The notes under the pieces were generated by a model. It saw only the letters and a program-made list of their open reading frames with translations, had not been told where the DNA came from and made no database searches. Made by a program: the position numbers and the translations under genes. Shown here one piece after another: positions 33,884 through 37,507 of a stretch of 37,507 nucleotides of DNA. Source of the DNA: a virus (taxonomy: Duplodnaviria > Caudoviricetes). Location of the stretch: positions 1 through 37,507 of the IMG/VR virus record IMGVR_UViG_3300038391_000041; one strand, 5' to 3'. Position 1 is the first letter of the stretch. The number at the start of each line of letters is the position of its first letter.

Positions 33884-36800
33884 TGGGCGATGGAGGAATT
33901 GATCCACGAAGCCGACTCCAACGGAAGGGCCAACACAAAATACCGAGGTGTTAAACCCATTGTGGCAGACAGCATCGGTCCGGATTTATTCCGGTTGAGG
34001 GAATCGGGTAGGGGAGGTGGAATAGAAACCTTTGATATGAACCGGGGTCGAAAGTATTCGGCCGCAGTGGATTTCATTGATTCCAATAATTACTGGGACA
34101 ATTACAACGCGGATCTGGACGAAGTGGCCGGTGATGCGCACTTCGGTGCGGAGCAGACCTACGACTACTTCAAGTCGAAATTCAATCGAAACAGCTTTGA
34201 TGACAACGGAGCCAAGATCAGAAGCTTTATTCACTACGGGAACAACTACGTGAATGCTTTTTGGAATGGCTTTGTGATGACTTACGGTGACGGAAACGGC
34301 AAAGGCATTACTCCATTGACCACCGTGGATATTTGCGGTCACGAAATTGCCCACGCAGTGACCACCTACAGTGCAGGGCTGATCTACAGAAACGAAAGCG
34401 GTGCGCTCAATGAGTCCTTTTCAGACATCTTTGGAAATGCCATCGAGTGGTTTGCTGATTCCACCCAATTCAGTTGGAGAATGGGAGAGGATATCATGGC
34501 CTCTAAGAATGGAATCCGAAATATGGCCAACCCCAAAACGCATCGGGATCCTCATACCTACAAAGGCCAGTATTGGTACTCAGGCACGGGAGATAACGGT
34601 GGGGTTCACACCAATAGCGGAGTTCAAAACTATTGGTTCTACCTGTTGTGTGAAGGTAAAACGGGGACAAACGACAACAACGACAATTACCAGGTGGATA
34701 GCATCGGAATCCACAAAGCGGAACAAATAGCCTATCGGAATTTAACTGTTTACCTGACCAATTCATCCGATTACGAGGAGGCACGGTACTATGGAATCCA
34801 GTCGGCCGGCGACTTGTACGGTTACTGTTCCAAAGAATTGGAAGCTACCACCAATGCCTGGTATGCCGTGGGAGTGGGACAACCGTACGATAGCAGCGCA
34901 GTCAGTGCCGATTTCACGGCAGATAGCCTTTACTGTCAGGGCAACGAAACAGTGCGGTTTGTCAACCGATCTCTAAATGCCAAATCATTCGTCTGGTCCT
35001 TTGGAGATGGCGACACGTCTCATGCGGTCCATCCCACTCACGAGTATGGCCAGCAAGGATCCTTTACCGTTTCCCTTGCGGTTGAAAGTTGCTATAATGG
35101 TTTTCAGGACACCTTGGTTCGAACCCAATTCATTACCATCGATTCCACGCGCGACATCTGCTCCGGTATCTTAATGCCGTACGCCACCTGGGATACCGTT
35201 CGTGCTTGTTCCGGTTTTGTTTATGACCACGCAGGGGAATCGAATTACACCGGATTGCACCGGGATACACTCACCATCGATTTTGCCACGAGCGATTCCG
35301 CTTTGCTTACCTTCCTGGAATTCGATTACGAAACCAATTACGATTCGGTTTATGTTTACGACGGCTATAGTCCCTCGTCGGGCAACCTGATCGGTGGATT
35401 TACCGGCACGTACTTACCCAATAATGGAAATGCGATCAGCCTTTACTCCGGCGCTGTTACCTTGGTCCACTTTTCAGACCCCTTTGTGGTAGGTACTGGA
35501 TTTAAAGCCCGGTTTGAAGCTAAAAGGCCGGCACTTTCTCTCACTCACTCACCGGATACTACAGCCTGCTTTGGGACTGAAGTCCATTTGTCCATGAAGG
35601 GCAGTGGAGGAGACCCTGCGGACCATTATTATTCATGGAATAGTATGGAATTCTCTGATTCCATTAGTTTCATTGCTCAACAAGATACATCGTTTGAAAT
35701 CACATTTGGCGACCTATGCATGCGCGAGTTTGTCACAGATTCAATTCATCTGGAAGTACTGGATCCGATCACGTTCTCTCAAAGTGGAAATCCCACCCTG
35801 TGTCAGGGGCAGTCAACAATAATCTGGCTCAATCCAAGAGGTGGAAAAGGAGTGTATGATTTTACCTATTCTGATGGCGGAGGTGCCGTTGGTAGAAAGA
35901 GCATCACTCGGCAATTGAATGGTCTCCTGCCGGGTGAGCACCCGTTTTGGGTGTCCTTCACAGATCAGTGTACTCCCGGTCCGGATACCGCTTTTTATAC
36001 CATCCGGGTGAGGGATTCACTGAGTTTAAGTCTCAACTCAGACACCACTATTTGTATGGGTACCACATTGGACTTGCAGGCATTTGCAGAAGGTGGAAAC
36101 GGAAATTATTCCTTTGTTTGGGATGATGGTACTTCCGGGAGTAGCAGGGTGGTGAGGCCCGGTTCGAACCAAAGCTACGCGGTCACATTGAAGGACGGGT
36201 GCAGTCGGTTCGAACCAAAAGCAAGCCTGAATGTAACGGTACTGGATTCACTGAAAATTGAAATATCAAGCCCCGATTTGGTGTGTTATGGAGAAACAAC
36301 CACCTTAACGGCCACAGTGACCGGTGGTTTGGAAAAAGACCGCATTGTACGTTGGGCAAATTACAAGGTGCAGGGACTTACTTTGACAAAAGAAATACGT
36401 GAAGAAGAGGAGTTCATTGCTACAGTAGAAGACGGGTGTTCCGTGGATGCAGCAACGGCTAGCGCGCTGGTTTTGGTTCGAACCAAACTATCCCTTAAAG
36501 CTTCTGCAGACCAAACAGTTTGCGACTACGATACGTCTACTCTCTCAGTGGTGCCTGCAGGAGGCATTTCCGAAAACTACCGGGTAACGTGGAACCAGGG
36601 TTTGCCGGATGGCTTATCGCATGAGGTCTCGCCGTCATTTACCACGGTGTACCTCGCTACGTTGAGAGATGGATGCAGCGACAGTGCAACGGCTATTATT
36701 ACCATTGAAGTTCACGACTTTGCCATACCGGATTTTGAGGTCGATCCGGAAGATGTTTGCCTGGGAGATACAATCAAACTATCCAATACAGGAGACACCG

Positions 36801-37507
36801 GGCCGGGGTACTCCCATGCGTGGGATGTTACAGGACAAACCGGACTCACCGGAGCCGATGTTCAGTATGCCTCGAATTCTGCGGGGGTGTTTGATGTAGA
36901 ATTGAAAACCACCACTCCGGAAGGTTGTATTTATATTCTGGAAAAACAGAATGCTGTGGAAGTATGGGAAAATCCGAGGTCGTATTTTGAATTTGATTTC
37001 GACACCATACGATACACGAATCAGCGCGTTCAAACCAGAAACCGTTCTTCTTTTGGACGAGATTATACCTGGCTGGTGGGGGATGAATTTTACAGCTCAG
37101 AAAGTGAGCCGTTGATGGAATTTGATTACACCGGAATCAACTATGCCAATCGAACTGTACCGGTGACCTTGATCGCGATGAACGAAATCGGTTGCTCGGA
37201 TACCCTCTCAAAACCACTTACTATTTTAGGAACTTCCAACGTTTTTCAGGCCAATGCCTTTACTCCGGATGGGGACGGATTAAACGACGATTTCGGTTTG
37301 ATCCACTCCAACTTCGAGGAATTGGAATTTTGGATCACAAACCGACTGGGAGTGATCGTATTCCAATCGGAGAGCAAGGATGACCGCTGGGATGGTACGA
37401 CCAAAGGTAAATTGGTTCAGCCCGGGTTATACAACCTGTTCATACGCGGTACGGATCTTTACGGAAACCCGGTGGAGGAACAGTCAACGGTTCTGGTGGT
37501 TTACTAG
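33884..37507 (+). pseudogene. Host M4 (thermolysin-family) metalloprotease with PKD, CUB and T9SS type-B C-terminal domain; 5' part separated by the prophage
   Basis: NAFWNG, HEIAH, GALNESFSD, DNGGVHTNSG; PKD WSFGDG; CUB ETNYDSVYVYDG; NAFTPDGDGLND CTD. No signal peptide or propeptide; the frame starts at the phage end. Confidence 0.85.

Noticed and set aside
33833-33889. Phage end supplying a new signal peptide (AKNEPIILCVHSVLALIWA) to the protease
   Set aside because: The frame is open only from 33833 and has no ATG/GTG/TTG start; no clear outward promoter seen.
202-37383. Many short opposite-strand or alternate-frame ORFs in the ORF track
   Set aside because: They shadow well-supported genes and lack motifs or coupling; only the 31670-32383 / 31684-32130 pair was kept.

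Overview
Positions ~1-33883 hold a nearly complete Mu-like (transposable) prophage of a Bacteroidota host. It is bounded by inverted transposase-binding repeats (TAAAACAGAATGTACA at 27-42, its reverse complement at 33859-33874). It is inserted into a host gene for an M4 (thermolysin-family) metalloprotease with PKD, CUB and T9SS C-terminal domains; the 3' part of that gene fills 33884-37507. From right to left the prophage carries: a cI/cro switch; an early operon (DDE transposase, two ATPases, DnaA-C HTH, DUF3164, two YopX, GemA-like, Mor-like); an inverted packaging cassette (gp46-like, TerS, TerL, neck, portal, MuF, gpG); and a head/lysis/contractile-tail operon ending in a glycosyltransferase and a DUF6527-like gene. 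The strongest candidate new system has three parts. (1) A canonical -1 frameshift signal at the portal stop would give a portal-MuF fusion. (2) MuF ends in a CdiA-like tRNase domain. (3) No immunity ORF follows; instead there is a predicted antisense small RNA with its own promoter and terminator. Other notable signals: a second -1 frameshift in the tail chaperone, a D-armless tRNA-like element with an attenuator in the early operon, a nested antisense gene pair, and strong CpG depletion with GATC/CCWGG enrichment. All family assignments come from motif recognition by eye, not database searches.
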